NCBI GenBank assembly: GCA_964057225.1
Contig: OZ059896.1
Span: 248,001 to 312,000, forward strand
Source of the DNA: Auanema rhodensis
Taxonomy: Eukaryota; Animalia; Nematoda
Reading direction: 5' to 3'
Length of the DNA stretch: 64,000 bases
The notes beneath the pieces were generated by a model. That model was not told where the DNA came from, searched no databases, and was given only the letters and a program-made list of their open reading frames with translations. This document shows positions 10,736 through 25,920 of the stretch, in pieces. Made by a program: the position numbers and the translations under genes. Position 1 is the first letter of the stretch, and each line of letters starts with the position of its first letter.

Positions 10736-13700
10736 CATAAATTAAAGTTCACGTAAATTTCAAAGTCATGGTTACCATGCACCAATATCAATAAAAATTT
10801 GTTTTTAGACTAATATGGACATGGGGAATCTAATTTTGAAAACCGCATCTCTTTATCTTTCACGTGAAGCGAGTTACATACCAAGTGCACATCACGTGTA
10901 CATTTAATTAGCATAAATTAAAGTTCACGTAAATTTCAAAGTCATGGTTACCATGCACCAATATCAATAAAAATTTGTTTTTAGACTAATATGGACATGG
11001 GGAATCTAATTTTGAAAACCGCATCTCTTTATCTTTCACGTGAAGCGAGTTACATACCAAGTGCACATCACGTGTACATTTAATTAGCATAAATTAAAGT
11101 TCACGTAAATTTCAAAGTCATGGCTACCATGCACCAATATCAATAAAAATTTGTTTTTAGACTAATATGGACATGGGGAATCTAATTTTGAAAACCGCAT
11201 CTCTTTATATTTCACGTGAAGCGAGTTACATACCAAGTGCACATCACGTGTACATTTAATTAGCATAAATTAAAGTTCACGTAAATTTCAAAGTCATGAT
11301 TACCATGCACCAATATCAATAAAAATTTGTTTTTAGACTAATATGGACATGGGGAATCTAATTTTGAAAACCGCATCTCTTTATCTTTCACGTGAAGCGA
11401 GTTACATACCAAGTGCACATCACGTGTACATTTAATTAGCATAAATTAAAGTTCACGTAAATTTCAAAGTCATGGTTACCATGAACCAATATCAATAAAA
11501 ATTTGTTTTTAGACTAATATGGACATGGGGAATCTAATTTTGAAAACCGCATCTCTTTATCTTTCACGTGAAGCGAGTTACATACCAAGTGCACATCACG
11601 TGTACATTTAATTAGCATAAATTAAAGTTCACGTAAATTTCAAAGTCATGGTTACCATGAACTAATATCAATAAAAATTTGTTTTTAGACTAATATGGAC
11701 ATGGGGAATCTAATTTTGAAAACCGCATCTCTTTATCTTTCACGTGAAGCGAGTTACATACCAAGTGCACATCACGTGTACATTTAATTAGCATAAATTA
11801 AAGTTCACGTAAATTTCAAAGTCATGGTTACCATGAAGCAATATCAATAAAAATTTGTTTTTAGACTAATATGGACATGGGGAATCTAATTTTGAAAACC
11901 GCATCTCTTTATCTTTCACGTGAAGCGAGTTACATACCAAGTGCACATCACGTGTACATTTAATTAGCATAAATTAAAGTTCACGTAAATTTCAAAGTCA
12001 TGGTTACCATGAACCAATATCAATAAAAATTTGTTTTTAGACTAATATGGACATGGGGAATCTAATTTTGAAAACCGCATCTCTTTATCTTTCACGTGAA
12101 GCGAGTTACATACCAAGTGCACATCACGTGTACATTTAATTAGCATAAATTAAAGTTCACGTAAATTTCAAAGTCATGGTTACCATGAACCAATATCAAT
12201 GAAAATTTGTTTTTAGACTAATATGGACATGGGGAATCTAATTTTGAAAACCGCATCTCTTTATCTTTCACGTGAAGCGAGTTACATACCAAGTGCACAT
12301 CACGTGTACATTTAATTAGCATAAATTAAAGTTCACGTAAATTTCAAAGTCATGGTTACCATGCACCAATATCAATAAAAATTTGTTTTTAGATTAATAT
12401 GGACATGGGGAATCTAATTTTGAAAACCGCATCTCTTTATCTTTCACGTGAAGCGAGTTACATACCAAGTGCACATCACGTGTACATTTAATTAGCATAA
12501 ATTAAAGTTCACGTAAATTTCAAAGTCATGGTTACCATGAACCAATATCAATAAAAATTTGTTTTTAGACTAATATGGACATGGGGAATCTAATTTTGAA
12601 AACCGCATCTCTTTATCTTTCACGTGAAGCGAGTTACATACCAAGTGCACATCACGTGTACATTTAATTAGCATAAATTAAAGTTCACGTAAATTTCAAA
12701 GTTATGGTTACCATGCACCAATATCAATAAAAATTTGTTTTTAGACTAATATGGACATGGGGAATCTAATTTTGAAAACCGCATCTCTTTATCTTTCACG
12801 TGAAGCGAGTTACATACCAAGTGCACATCACGTGTACATTTAATTAGCATAAATTAAAGTTCACGTAAATTTCAAAGTCATGGTTACCATGAACCAATAT
12901 CAATAAAAATTTGTTTTTAGACTAATATGGACATGGGGAATCTAATTTTGAAAACCGCATCTCTTTATCTTTCACGTGAAGCGAGTTACATACCAAGTGC
13001 ACATCACGTGTACATTTAATTAGCATAAATTAAAGTTCACGTAAATTTCAAAGTCATGGTTACCATGCACCAATATCAATAAAAATTTGTTTTTAGACTA
13101 ATATGGACATGGGGAATCTAATTTTGAAAACCGCATCTCTTTATCTTTCACGTGAAGCGAGTTACATACCAAGTGCACATCACGTGTACATTTAATTAGC
13201 ATAAATTAAAGTTCACGTAAATTTCAAAGTCATGGTTACCATGCACCAATATCAATAAAAATTTGTTTTTAGACTAATATGGACATGGGGAATCTAATTT
13301 TGAAAACCGCATCTCTTTATCTTTCACGTGAAGCGAGTTACATACCAAGTGCACATCACGTGTACATTTAATTAGCATAAATTAAAGTTCACGTAAATTT
13401 CAAAGTCATGGCTACCATGCACCAATATCAATAAAAATTTGTTTTTAGACTAATATGGACATGGGGAATCTAATTTTGAAAACCGCATCTCTTTATATTT
13501 CACGTGAAGCGAGTTACATACCAAGTGCACATCACGTGTACATTTAATTAGCATAAATTAAAGTTCACGTAAATTTCAAAGTCATGATTACCATGCACCA
13601 ATATCAATAAAAATTTGTTTTTAGACTAATATGGACATGGGGAATCTAATTTTGAAAACCGCATCTCTTTATCTTTCACGTGAAGCGAGTTACATACCAA

Positions 13701-14959
13701 GTGCACATCACGTGTACATTTAATTAGCATAAATTAAAGTTCACGTAAATTTCAAAGTCATGGTTACCATGAACCAATATCAATAAAAATTTGTTTTTAG
13801 ACTAATATGGACATGGGGAATCTAATTTTGAAAACCGCATCTCTTTATCTTTCACGTGAAGCGAGTTACATACCAAGTGCACATCACGTGTACATTTAAT
13901 TAGCATAAATTAAAGTTCACGTAAATTTCAAAGTCATGGTTACCATGAACTAATATCAATAAAAATTTGTTTTTAGACTAATATGGACATGGGGAATCTA
14001 ATTTTGAAAACCGCATCTCTTTATCTTTCACGTGAAGCGAGTTACATACCAAGTGCACATCACGTGTACATTTAATTAGCATAAATTAAAGTTCACGTAA
14101 ATTTCAAAGTCATGGTTACCATGAAGCAATATCAATAAAAATTTGTTTTTAGACTAATATGGACATGGGGAATCTAATTTTGAAAACCGCATCTCTTTAT
14201 CTTTCACGTGAAGCGAGTTACATACCAAGTGCACATCACGTGTACATTTAATTAGCATAAATTAAAGTTCACGTAAATTTCAAAGTCATGGTTACCATGA
14301 ACCAATATCAATAAAAATTTGTTTTTAGACTAATATGGACATGGGGAATCTAATTTTGAAAACCGCATCTCTTTATCTTTCACGTGAAGCGAGTTACATA
14401 CCAAGTGCACATCACGTGTACATTTAATTAGCATAAATTAAAGTTCACGTAAATTTCAAAGTCATGGTTACCATGAACCAATATCAATGAAAATTTGTTT
14501 TTAGACTAATATGGACATGGGGAATCTAATTTTGAAAACCGCATCTCTTTATCTTTCACGTGAAGCGAGTTACATACCAAGTGCACATCACGTGTACATT
14601 TAATTAGCATAAATTAAAGTTCACGTAAATTTCAAAGTCATGGTTACCATGCACCAATATCAATAAAAATTTGTTTTTAGACTAATATGGACATGGGGAA
14701 TCTAATTTTGAAAACCGCATCTCTTTATCTTTCACGTGAAGCGAGTTACATACCAAGTGCACATCACGTGTACATTTAATTAGCATAAATTAAAGTTCAC
14801 GTAAATTTCAAAGTCATGGTTACCATGAACCAATATCAATAAAAATTTGTTTTTAGACTAATATGGACATGGGGAATCTAATTTTGAAAACCGCATCTCT
14901 TTATCTTTCACGTGAAGCGAGTTACATACCAAGTGCACATCACGTGTACATTTAATTAG
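10736..14959 (+). repeat. Higher-order duplication, period 13 monomers (2288 bp)
   Basis: GGCTACC monomer at 11088/13376, GATTACC at 11264/13552, GAACTAA at 11616/13904, AATGAAA at 12144/14432. Confidence 0.9.
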
Positions 14960-16191
14960 CATAAATTAAAGTTCACGTAAATTTCAAAGTCATGGTTACC
15001 ATGAACCAATATCAATAAAAATTTGTTTTTAGACTAATATGGACATGGGGAATCTAATTTTGAAAACCGCATCTCTTTATCTTTCACGTGAAGCGAGTTA
15101 CATACCAAGTGCACATCACGTGTACATTTAATTAGCATAAATTAAAGTTCACGTAAATTTCAAAGTCATGGTTACCATGAACTAATATCAATAAAAATTT
15201 GTTTTTAGACTAATATGGACATGGGGAATCTAATTTTGAAAACCGCATCTCTTTATCTTTCACGTGAAGCGAGTTACATACCAAGTGCACATCACGTGTA
15301 CATTTAATTAGCATAAATTAAAGTTCACGTAAATTTCAAAGTCATGGTTACCATGAAGCAATATCAATAAAAATTTGTTTTTAGACTAATATGGACATGG
15401 GGAATCTAATTTTGAAAACCGCATCTCTTTATCTTTCACGTGAAGCGAGTTACATACCAAGTGCACATCACGTGTACATTTAATTAGCATAAATTAAAGT
15501 TCACGTAAATTTCAAAGTCATGGTTACCATGAACCAATATCAATAAAAATTTGTTTTTAGACTAATATGGACATGGGGAATCTAATTTTGAAAACCGCAT
15601 CTCTTTATCTTTCACGTGAAGCGAGTTACATACCAAGTGCACATCACGTGTACATTTAATTAGCATAAATTAAAGTTCACGTAAATTTCAAAGTCATGGT
15701 TACCATGAACCAATATCAATGAAAATTTGTTTTTAGACTAATATGGACATGGGGAATCTAATTTTGAAAACCGCATCTCTTTATCTTTCACGTGAAGCGA
15801 GTTACATACCAAGTGCACATCACGTGTACATTTAATTAGCATAAATTAAAGTTCACGTAAATTTCAAAGTCATGGTTACCATGCACCAATATCAATAAAA
15901 ATTTGTTTTTAGACTAATATGGACATGGGGAATCTAATTTTGAAAACCGCATCTCTTTATCTTTCACGTGAAGCGAGTTACATACCAAGTGCACATCACG
16001 TGTACATTTAATTAGCATAAATTAAAGTTCACGTAAATTTCAAAGTCATGGTTACCATGAACCAATATCAATAAAAATTTGTTTTTAGACTAATATGGAC
16101 ATGGGGAATCTAATTTTGAAAACCGCATCTCTTTATCTTTCACGTGAAGCGAGTTACATACCAAGTGCACATCACGTGTACATTTAATTAG
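13728..16191 (+). repeat. 7-monomer tandem duplication (1232 bp) nested in the 13-mer region
   Basis: GAACTAA monomer at 13904/15136 and AATGAAA monomer at 14432/15664; intervening types match. Confidence 0.85.
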
Positions 16192-18303
16192 CATAAATTA
16201 AAGTTCACGTAAATTTCAAAGTTATGGTTACCATGCACCAATATCAATAAAAATTTGTTTTTAGACTAATATGGACATGGGGAATCTAATTTTGAAAACC
16301 GCATCTCTTTATCTTTCACGTGAAGCGAGTTACATACCAAGTGCACATCACGTGTACATTTAATTAGCATAAATTAAAGTTCACGTAAATTTCAAAGTCA
16401 TGGTTACCATGAACCAATATCAATAAAAATTTGTTTTTAGACTAATATGGACATGGGGAATCTAATTTTGAAAACCGCATCTCTTTATCTTTCACGTGAA
16501 GCGAGTTACATACCAAGTGCACATCACGTGTACATTTAATTAGCATAAATTAAAGTTCACGTAAATTTCAAAGTCATGGTTACCATGAACCAATATCAAT
16601 AAAAATTTGTTTTTAGACTAATATGGACATGGGGAATCTAATTTTGAAAACCGCATCTCTTTATCTTTCACGTGAAGCGAGTTACATACCAAGTGCACAT
16701 CACGTGTACATTTAATTAGCATAAATTAAAGTTCACGTAAATTTCAAAGTCATGGTTACCATGAACCAATATCAATAAAAATTTGTTTTTAGACTAATAT
16801 GGACATGGGGAATCTAATTTTGAAAACCGCATCTCTTTATCTTCCACGTGAAGCGAGTTACATACCAAGTGCACATCACGTGTACATTTAATTAGCATAA
16901 ATTAAAGTTCACGTAAATTTCAAAGTCATGGTTACCATGAAGCAATATCAATAAAAATTTGTTTTTAGACTAATATGGACATGGGGAATCTAATTTTGAA
17001 AACCGCATCTCTTTATCTTTCACGTGAAGCGAGTTACATACCAAGTGCACATCACGTGTACATTCAATTAGCATAAATTAAAGTTCACGTAAATTTCAAA
17101 GTCATGGTTACCATGCACCAATATCAATAAAAATTTGTTTTTAGACTAATATGGACATGGGGAATCTAATTTTGAAAACCGCATCTCTTTATCATTCACG
17201 TGAAGCGAGTTACATACCAAGTGCACATCACGTGTACATTTAATTAGCATAAATTAAAGTTCACGTAAATTTCAAAGTCATGGTTACCATGAAGCAATAT
17301 CAATAAAAATTTGTTTTTAGACTAATATGGACATGAAGAATCTAATTTTGAAAACCGCATCTCTTTATCTTTCACGTGAAGCGAGTTACATACCAAGTGC
17401 ACATCACGTGTACATTTAATTAGCATAAATTAAAGTTCACGTAAATTTCAAAGTCATGGTTACCATGAACCAATATCAATAAAAATTTGTTTTTAGACTA
17501 ATATGGACATGGGGAATCTAATTTTGAAAACCGCATCTCTTTATCTTTCACGTGAAGCGAGTTACATACCAAGTGCACATCACGTGTACATTTAATTAGC
17601 ATAAATTAAAGTTCACGTAAATTTCAAAGTCATGGTTACCATGCACCAATATCAATAAAAATTTGTATTTAGACTAATATGGACATGGGGAATCTAATTT
17701 TGAAAACCGCATCTCTTTATCTTTCACGTGAAGCGAGTTACATACCAAGTGCACATCACGTGTACATTTAATTAGCATAAATTAAAGTTCACGTAAATTT
17801 CAAAGTCATGGTTACCATGCACCAATATCAATAAAAATTTGTTTTTAGACTAATATGGACATGGGGAATCTAATTTTGAAAACCGCATCTCTTTATCTTT
17901 CACGTGAAGCGAGTTACATACCAAGTGCACATCACGTGTACATTTAATTAGCATAAATTAAAGTTCACGTAAATTTCAAAGTCATGGTTACCATGCACCA
18001 ATATCAATAAAAATTTGTTTTTAGACTAATATGGACATGGGGAATCTAATTTTGAAAACCGCATCTCTTTATCTTTCACGTGAAGCGAGTTACATACCAA
18101 GTGCACATCACGTGTACATTTAATTAGCATAAATTAAAGTTCACGTAAATTTCAAAGTCATGGCTACCATGCACCAATATCAATAAAAATTTGTTTTTAG
18201 ACTAATATGGACATGGGGAATCTAATTTTGAAAACCGCATCTCTTTATATTTCACGTGAAGCGAGTTACATACCAAGTGCACATCACGTGTACATTTAAT
18301 TAG

Positions 18304-21295
18304 CATAAATTAAAGTTCACGTAAATTTCAAAGTCATGATTACCATGCACCAATATCAATAAAAATTTGTTTTTAGACTAATATGGACATGGGGAATCTA
18401 ATTTTGAAAACCGCATCTCTTTATCTTTCACGTGAAGCGAGTTACATACCAAGTGCACATCACGTGTACATTTAATTAGCATAAATTAAAGTTCACGTAA
18501 ATTTCAAAGTCATGGTTACCATGAACCAATATCAATAAAAATTTGTTTTTAGACTAATATGGACATGGGGAATCTAATTTTGAAAACCGCATCTCTTTAT
18601 CTTTCACGTGAAGCGAGTTACATACCAAGTGCACATCACGTGTACATTTAATTAGCATAAATTAAAGTTCACGTAAATTTCAAAGTCATGGTTACCATGA
18701 ACTAATATCAATAAAAATTTGTTTTTAGACTAATATGGACATGGGGAATCTAATTTTGAAAACCGCATCTCTTTATCTTTCACGTGAAGCGAGTTACATA
18801 CCAAGTGCACATCACGTGTACATTTAATTAGCATAAATTAAAGTTCACGTAAATTTCAAAGTCATGGTTACCATGAAGCAATATCAATAAAAATTTGTTT
18901 TTAGACTAATATGGACATGGGGAATCTAATTTTGAAAACCGCATCTCTTTATCTTTCACGTGAAGCGAGTTACATACCAAGTGCACATCACGTGTACATT
19001 TAATTAGCATAAATTAAAGTTCACGTAAATTTCAAAGTCATGGTTACCATGAACCAATATCAATAAAAATTTGTTTTTAGACTAATATGGACATGGGGAA
19101 TCTAATTTTGAAAACCGCATCTCTTTATCTTTCACGTGAAGCGAGTTACATACCAAGTGCACATCACGTGTACATTTAATTAGCATAAATTAAAGTTCAC
19201 GTAAATTTCAAAGTCATGGTTACCATGAACCAATATCAATGAAAATTTGTTTTTAGACTAATATGGACATGGGGAATCTAATTTTGAAAACCGCATCTCT
19301 TTATCTTTCACGTGAAGCGAGTTACATACCAAGTGCACATCACGTGTACATTTAATTAGCATAAATTAAAGTTCACGTAAATTTCAAAGTCATGGTTACC
19401 ATGCACCAATATCAATAAAAATTTGTTTTTAGACTAATATGGACATGGGGAATCTAATTTTGAAAACCGCATCTCTTTATCTTTCACGTGAAGCGAGTTA
19501 CATACCAAGTGCACATCACGTGTACATTTAATTAGCATAAATTAAAGTTCACGTAAATTTCAAAGTCATGGTTACCATGAACCAATATCAATAAAAATTT
19601 GTTTTTAGACTAATATGGACATGGGGAATCTAATTTTGAAAACCGCATCTCTTTATCTTTCACGTGAAGCGAGTTACATACCAAGTGCACATCACGTGTA
19701 CATTTAATTAGCATAAATTAAAGTTCACGTAAATTTCAAAGTTATGGTTACCATGCACCAATATCAATAAAAATTTGTTTTTAGACTAATATGGACATGG
19801 GGAATCTAATTTTGAAAACCGCATCTCTTTATCTTTCACGTGAAGCGAGTTACATACCAAGTGCACATCACGTGTACATTTAATTAGCATAAATTAAAGT
19901 TCACGTAAATTTCAAAGTCATGGTTACCATGAACCAATATCAATAAAAATTTGTTTTTAGACTAATATGGACATGGGGAATCTAATTTTGAAAACCGCAT
20001 CTCTTTATCTTTCACGTGAAGCGAGTTACATACCAAGTGCACATCACGTGTACATTTAATTAGCATAAATTAAAGTTCACGTAAATTTCAAAGTCATGAT
20101 TACCATGCACCAATATCAATAAAAATTTGTTTTTAGACTAATATGGACATGGGGAATCTAATTTTGAAAACCGCATCTCTTTATCTTTCACGTGAAGCGA
20201 GTTACATACCAAGTGCACATCACGTGTACATTTAATTAGCATAAATTAAAGTTCACGTAAATTTCAAAGTCATGGTTACCATGAACCAATATCAATAAAA
20301 ATTTGTTTTTAGACTAATATGGACATGGGGAATCTAATTTTGAAAACCGCATCTCTTTATCTTTCACGTGAAGCGAGTTACATACCAAGTGCACATCACG
20401 TGTACATTTAATTAGCATAAATTAAAGTTCACGTAAATTTCAAAGTCATGGTTACCAGGAACTAATATCAATAAAAATTTGTTTTTAGACTAATATGGAC
20501 ATGGGGAATCTAATTTTGAAAACCGCATCTCTTTATCTTTCACGTGAAGCGAGTTACATACCAAGTGCACATCACGTGTACATTTAATTAGCATAAATTA
20601 AAGTTCACGTAAATTTCAAAGTCATGGTTACCATGAAGCAATATCAATAAAAATTTGTTTTTAGACTAATATGGACATGGGGAATCTAATTTTGAAAACC
20701 GCATCTCTTTATCTTTCACGTGAAGCGAGTTACATACCAAGTGCACATCACGTGTACATTTAATTAGCATAAATTAAAGTTCACGTAAATTTCAAAGTCA
20801 TGGTTACCATGAACCAATATCAATAAAAATTTGTTTTTAGACTAATATGGACATGGGGAATCTAATTTTGAAAACCGCATCTCTTTATCTTTCACGTGAA
20901 GCGAGTTACATACCAAGTGCACATCACGTGTACATTTAATTAGCATAAATTAAAGTTCACGTAAATTTCAAAGTCATGGTTACCATGAACCAATATCAAT
21001 GAAAATTTGTTTTTAGACTAATATGGACATGGGGAATCTAATTTTGAAAACCGCATCTCTTTATCTTTCACGTGAAGCGAGTTACATACCAAGTGCACAT
21101 CACGTGTACATTTAATTAGCATAAATTAAAGTTCACGTAAATTTCAAAGTCATGGTTACCATGCACCAATATCAATAAAAATTTGTTTTTAGACTAATAT
21201 GGACATGGGGAATCTAATTTTGAAAACCGCATCTCTTTATCTTTCACGTGAAGCGAGTTACATACCAAGTGCACATCACGTGTACATTTAATTAG
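18304..21295 (+). repeat. 10-monomer-period duplication (1760 bp)
   Basis: GATTACC monomer at 18304/20064, AACTAA at 18656/20416, AATGAAA at 19184/20944. Confidence 0.85.
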
Positions 21296-23459
21296 CATAA
21301 ATTAAAGTTCACGTAAATTTCAAAGTCATGGTTACCATGAAGCAATATCAATAAAAATTTGTTTTTAGACTAATATGGACATGGGGAATCTAATTTTGAA
21401 AACCGCATCTCTTTATCTTTCACGTGAAGCGAGTTACATACCAAGTGCACATCACGTGTACATTTAATTAGCATAAATTAAAGTTCACGTAAATTTCAAA
21501 GTCATGGTTACCATGAAGCAATATCAATAAAAATTTGTTTTTAGACTAATATGGACATGGGGAATCTAATTTTGAAAACCGCATCTCTTTATCTTTCACG
21601 TGAAGCGAGTTACATACCAAGTGCACATCACGTGTACATTTAATTAGCATAAATTAAAGTTCACGTAAATTTCAAAGTCATGGTTACCATGAACCAATAT
21701 CAATAAAAATTTGTTTTTAGACTAATATGGACATGGGGAATCTAATTTTGAAAACCGCATCTCTTTATCTTCCACGTGAAGCGAGTTACATACCAAGTGC
21801 ACATCACGTGTACATTTAATTAGCATAAATTAAAGTTCACGTAAATTTCAAAGTCATGGTTACCATGAAGCAATATCAATAAAAATTTGTTTTTAGACTA
21901 ATATGGACATGGGGAATCTAATTTTGAAAACCGCATCTCTTTATCTTTCACGTGAAGCGAGTTACATACCAAGTGCACATCACGTGTACATTCAATTAGC
22001 ATAAATTAAAGTTCACGTAAATTTCAAAGTCATGGTTACCATGCACCAATATCAATAAAAATTTGTTTTTAGACTAATATGGACATGGGGAATCTAATTT
22101 TGAAAACCGCATCTCTTTATCTTTCACGTGAAGCGAGTTACATACCAAGTGCACATCACGTGTACATTTAATTAGCATAAATTAAAGTTCACGTAAATTT
22201 CAAAGTCATGGTTACCATGCACCAATATCAATAAAAATTTGTTTTTAGACTAATATGGACATGGGGAATCTAATTTTGAAAACCGCATCTCTTTATCTTT
22301 CACGTGAAGCGAGTTACATACCAAGTGCACATCACGTGTACATTTAATTAGCATAAATTAAAGTTCACGTAAATTTCAAAGTCATGGTTACCATGAACCA
22401 ATATCAATAAAAATTTGTTTTTAGACTAATATGGACATGGGGAATCTAATTTTGAAAACCGCATCTCTTTATCTTTCACGTGAAGCGAGTTACATACCAA
22501 GTGCACATCACGTGTACATTTAATTAGCATAAATTAAAGTTCACGTAAATTTCAAAGTCATGGTTACCATGAACCAATATCAATTAAAATTTGTTTTTAG
22601 ACTAATATGGACATGGGGAATCTAATTTTGAAAACCGCATCTCTTTATCTTTCACGTGAAGCGAGTTACATACCAAGTGCACATCACGTGTACATTTAAT
22701 TAGCATAAATTAAAGTTCACGTAAATTTCAAAGTCATGGTTACCATGCACCAATATCAATAAAAATTTGTTTTTAGACTAATATGGACATGGGGAATCTA
22801 ATTTTGAAAACCGCATCTCTTTATCTTTCACGTGAAGCGAGTTACATACCAAGTGCACATCACGTGTACATTTAATTAGCATAAATTAAAGTTCACGTAA
22901 ATTTCAAAGTCATGGTTACCATGCACCAATATCAATAAAAAGTTGTTTTTAGACTAATATGGACATGGGGAATCTAATTTTGAAAACCGCATCTCTTTAT
23001 CTTTCACGTGAAGCGAGTTACATACCAAGTGCACATCACGTGTACATTTAATTAGCATAAATTAAAGTTCACGTAAATTTCAAAGTCATGGTTACCATGC
23101 ACCAATATCAATAAAAATTTGTTTTTAGACTAATATGGACATGGGGAATCTAATTTTGAAAACCGTATCTCTTTATCTTTCACGTGAAGCGAGTTACATA
23201 CCAAGTGCACATCACGTGTACATTTAATTAGCATAAATTAAAGTTCACGTAAATTTCAAAGTCATGGTTACCATGCACCAATATCAATAAAAATTTGTTT
23301 TTAGACTAATATGGACATGGGGAATCTAATTTTGAAAACCGCATCTCTTTATCTTTCACGTGAAGCGAGTTACATACCAAGTGCACATCACGTGTACATT
23401 TAATTAGCATAAATTAAAGTTCACGTAAATTTCAAAGTCATGGTTACCATGCACCAATA

Positions 23460-25920
23460 TCAATAAAAATTTGTTTTTAGACTAATATGGACATGGGGAA
23501 TCTAATTTTGAAAACCGCATCTCTTTATCTTTCACGTGAAGCGAATTACATACCAAGTGCACATCACGTGTACATTTAATTAGCATAAATTAAAGTTCAC
23601 GTAAATTTCAAAGTCATGGTTACCATGCACCAATATCAATAAAAATTTGTATTTAGACTAATATGGACATGGGGAATCTAATTTTGAAAACCGCATCTCT
23701 TTATCTTTCACGTGAAGCGAGTTACATACCAAGTGCACATCACGTGTACATTTAATTAGCATAAATTAAAGTTCACGTAAATTTCAAAGTCATGGTTACC
23801 ATGCACCAATATCAATAAAAATTTGTTTTTAGACTAATATGGACATGGGGAATCTAATTTTGAAAACCGCATCTCTTTTTCTTTCACGTGAAGCGAGTTA
23901 CATACCAAGTGCACATCACGTGTACATTTAATTAGCATAAATTAAAGTTCACGTAAATTTCAAAGTCATGGTTACCATGAACCAATATCAATAAAAATTT
24001 GTTTTTAGACTAATATGGACATGGGGAATCTAATTTTGAAAACCGCATCTCTTTATCTTTCACGTGAAGCGAGTTACATACCAAGTGCACATCACGTGTA
24101 CATTTAATTAGCATAAATTAAAGTTCACGTAAATTTCAAAGTCATGGTTACCATGAACCAATATCAATAAAAATTTGTTTTTAGACTAATATGGACATGG
24201 GGAATCTAATTTTGAAAACCGCATCTCTTTATCTTTCACGTGAAGCGAGTTACATACCAAGTGCACATCACGTGTACATTTAATTAGCATAAATTAAAGT
24301 TCACGTAAATTTCAAAGTCATGGTTACCATGAACCAATATCAATAAAAATTTGTTTTTAGACTAATATGGACATGGGGAATCTAATTTTGAAAACCGCAT
24401 CTCTTTATCTTTCACGTGAAGCGAGTTACATACCAAGTGCACATCACGTGTACATTTAATTAGCATAAATTAAAGTTCACGTAAATTTCAAAGTCATGGT
24501 TACCATGAGGCAATATCAATAAAAATTCGTTTTTAGACTAATATGGACATGGGGAATCTAATTTTGAAAACCGCATCTCTTTATCTTTCACGTGAAGCGA
24601 GTTACATACCAAGTGCACATCATGTGTACATTTAATTAGCATAAATTAAAGTTCACGTAAATTTCAAAGTCATGGTTACCATGAAGCAATATCAATAAAA
24701 ATTTGTTTTTAGACTAATATGGACATGGGGAATCTAATTTTGAAAACCGCATCTCTTTATCTTTCACGTGAAGCGAATTACATACCAAGTGCACATCACG
24801 TGTACATTTAATTAGCATAAATTAAAGTTCACGTAAATTTCAAAGTCATGGTTACCATGCACCAATATCAATAAAAATTTGTATTTAGACTAATATGGAC
24901 ATGGGGAATCTAATTTTGAAAACCGCATCTCTTTATCTTTCACGTGAAGCGAGTTACATACCAAGTGCACATCACGTGTACATTTAATTAGCATAAATTA
25001 AAGTTCACGTAAATTTCAAAGTCATGGTTACCATGCACCAATATCAATAAAAATTTGTTTTTAGACTAATATGGACATGGGGAATCTAATTTTGAAAACC
25101 GCATCTCTTTTTCTTTCACGTGAAGCGAGTTACATACCAAGTGCACATCACGTGTACATTTAATTAGCATAAATTAAAGTTCACGTAAATTTCAAAGTCA
25201 TGGTTACCATGAACCAATATCAATAAAAATTTGTTTTTAGACTAATATGGACATGGGGAATCTAATTTTGAAAACCGCATCTCTTTATCTTTCACGTGAA
25301 GCGAGTTACATACCAAGTGCACATCACGTGTACATTTAATTAGCATAAATTAAAGTTCACGTAAATTTCAAAGTCATGGTTACCATGAACCAATATCAAT
25401 AAAAATTTGTTTTTAGACTAATATGGACATGGGGAATCTAATTTTGAAAACCGCATCTCTTTATCTTTCACGTGAAGCGAGTTACATACCAAGTGCACAT
25501 CACGTGTACATTTAATTAGCATAAATTAAAGTTCACGTAAATTTCAAAGTCATGGTTACCATGAACCAATATCAATAAAAATTTGTTTTTAGACTAATAT
25601 GGACATGGGGAATCTAATTTTGAAAACCGCATCTCTTTATCTTTCACGTGAAGCGAGTTACATACCAAGTGCACATCACGTGTACATTTAATTAGCATAA
25701 ATTAAAGTTCACGTAAATTTCAAAGTCATGGTTACCATGAGGCAATATCAATAAAAATTCGTTTTTAGACTAATATGGACATGGGGAATCTAATTTTGAA
25801 AACCGCATCTCTTTATCTTTCACGTGAAGCGAGTTACATACCAAGTGCACATCATGTGTACATTTAATTAGCATAAATTAAAGTTCACGTAAATTTCAAA
25901 GTCATGGTTACCATGAAGCA
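23460..25920 (+). repeat. 7-monomer tandem duplication (1232 bp)
   Basis: GCGAATT variant at 23545/24777; GTATTT, CTTTTTC and AGGC-type monomers (24464/25696) repeat in the same order. Ends approximate. Confidence 0.92.
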
